From positions 355,837-419,836 of the forward strand of contig RDEW01000010.1 in assembly GCA_011109175.1 (NCBI GenBank): DNA of 64,000 nt. The letters run 5' to 3'. This document shows positions 62,525 through 64,000 of this stretch, in pieces (the stretch's first letter is position 1; every line of letters starts with the position of its first letter). A program made the position numbers and the translations under genes. A model generated the notes under the pieces. The model did not search any database. It was not told the DNA's origin and was given only the letters and a program-made list of their open reading frames with translations. Source of the stretch: Dicyema japonicum. Lineage: Eukaryota; Animalia; Dicyemida.

Positions 62525-62880
62525 AAGTTATTCAGTTCAACTGTTCACCAAAACATGCGTATTTCTTCAACTTTAGGATCTCACCCTTTTCCGAAGCAGA
62601 GCCTGGATTAGTTGACGTCATAACAAGGTTAGAAAGAGAGAGGCTATCCACAGTGGCGTCCCAGGAAAGGTATCTACCGCTTTCCAATGGAAAGAGAGTA
62701 GTTCCGTCCGGTCTTCGGTTGGCCGGGTCAAGTCCGAGCGGCTCCAATTGGACAGGAAATCCATCAGCCTCAAGTCCCCATGCAATAACTCCGTTGATTG
62801 CGGCGTGTCTTGAACTCCTTCCAGCACTCTTCAGGTAGGATAGAGCGTGAAGACCTTTCGCGTCGACCATTTTGTTAGTT
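62525..62880 (-). mobile_element. CRE-clade RLE fragment
   Basis: GLHALS...GRSSRHAAIN...LEPLGLDPANRRPDGTTLFP...WDATV...KLKKY. Confidence 0.88.
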
Positions 62881-63203
62881 TTTGCATTAACTGCTTTTAT
62901 TGGTCGTTCAATTATCTATTTCGCCGATCAAGATGATTTGAAAAAATAAAACTAAACACCCTCATTGAATATGCCACAGTAGAACATAGAGTAGCTTTTT
63001 ATGATACATAAAGATTAAGAGAGTCTGGACGATAGCTTGGGGATTGTACCATATTACCAACCAAACTATATGATAGTCACTCAGTAAGGGAAAGAGGACA
63101 CAAGACAACCAATGAATCCGACAACTTAAATAAAACAGGATTTATTTGGGAAAATATACAAAATAGCATATTTAGTAGAAAAAATATACTCAACAAAGAA
63201 AGA

Positions 63204-64000
63204 TCACGATCCCGTATACTTGATAAACTCCAATGCTACGTCAACATACTCCTAAAAATCAAACAGACATCACCAACCTTTTTCTCTGCCGCACTAAGAG
63301 TCCTCCATCCAAAATGACTCCTCCACAAGGAGGTAAAAGGAAAAGTAGGCAAATGGACATAAAAATACAAACTCAGACCAAATAGCTGGTCAACGTCCAC
63401 CACATTAAAAATCTTTATGGAAAGCAGTTCAGCCAGCATTCTGCTCCTTTCTAACCTCTGATCCTTATTCAGAGCTCCGCGTGGGACTAAAGTAAACAAC
63501 CCAGAAAAACCAATGTGAAAATTCCCGAGGGAAATCATCTTAAAGACCCACTCGGCCTGTTTCAGACTCAGACTGTTTTTTAGCTGCTCACTGGCACGAC
63601 TGAAGGCTACCTTTTCGGCATTGTTGAGTTTCTTAAAGGAATTCATAGAAGATTTAATGGACATCTTAGCAATCAGAATCAAACTACGTTTGGTTTGGTG
63701 GATAAATTGTCTAGAATGAAGAGATTCATCGGTTTGTAGTTAGAAGGCGGTTTGTCGTACTCTTTTTGGAGTTTCCTTATTAAAGATTGAGTATTCTTTT
63801 CAATTATTTTCTTTGGTCGGAACGATACTGGGTAATTCTCAGACATAACTTCATATTCCATCTCCCCTTTTAGGTGGGCCTTTAAGAACTTCTACAAAAT
63901 TATTTTAGCCGTTTTACAAGGTGAATTCCTGGATCGAGTAGATTCCAATCGTTGCGACATCTTTCAGCAAATTCGACGAGGTTTATTGGTTGTAAATCTT
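63204..64000 (-). CDS. Multi-HMG-box protein, 5' part outside the window
   Basis: Spliced reading: INLVEFAERCRNDWNLL; YKPMNLFI...FKKLNNAEK; WRTLSAAEKKEYVDVA; GT-AG introns of 23-26 nt; one internal junction unresolved. Confidence 0.6.

Noticed and set aside
1-64000. Ciliate origin suggested by the ~25-nt introns
   Set aside because: TAA and TAG act as stops in all genes, and ETS and TGF-beta ligands are animal-specific

Overview
Eukaryotic (animal) genomic DNA in the standard code. It is AT-rich, has one 516-N gap and four single-N joins, and consists of compact genes separated by nested transposon debris. Genes recognised by motif: a minimal ETS factor, IFT46, DDOST/OST48, a P4-ATPase flippase, a SPOC-domain protein, CEP97 with a C-terminal FN3 domain, CHMP4/Snf7, a minimal 9-Cys TGF-beta ligand, a cationic amino-acid transporter, GTF2F2 and a multi-HMG-box protein cut by the window end. 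Nearly all introns I could trace by hand are 20-29 nt. Metazoan-only genes, ciliary genes with X-boxes and ciliate-sized introns point, by inference only, to a dicyemid (Dicyema-like). Most of the rest is non-LTR retrotransposons (CRE, R4/NeSL-like, RTE, Ingi/Vingi-like, Jockey/I-like), two SINE families and a few DNA transposon relics. The strongest novelty candidate is a 59-62 nt covarying HDV-ribozyme-like fold. It sits at the 5' end of an Ingi/Vingi-like LINE with a 2A peptide, and also inside a ~300-350 bp non-autonomous SINE-like family that shares that LINE's 3' tail. Also notable are CRE elements with an N-terminal PHD finger and a TGF-beta ligand with an almost absent prodomain. All family assignments come from reading motifs by eye; no database searches were run, and TE boundaries are approximate.
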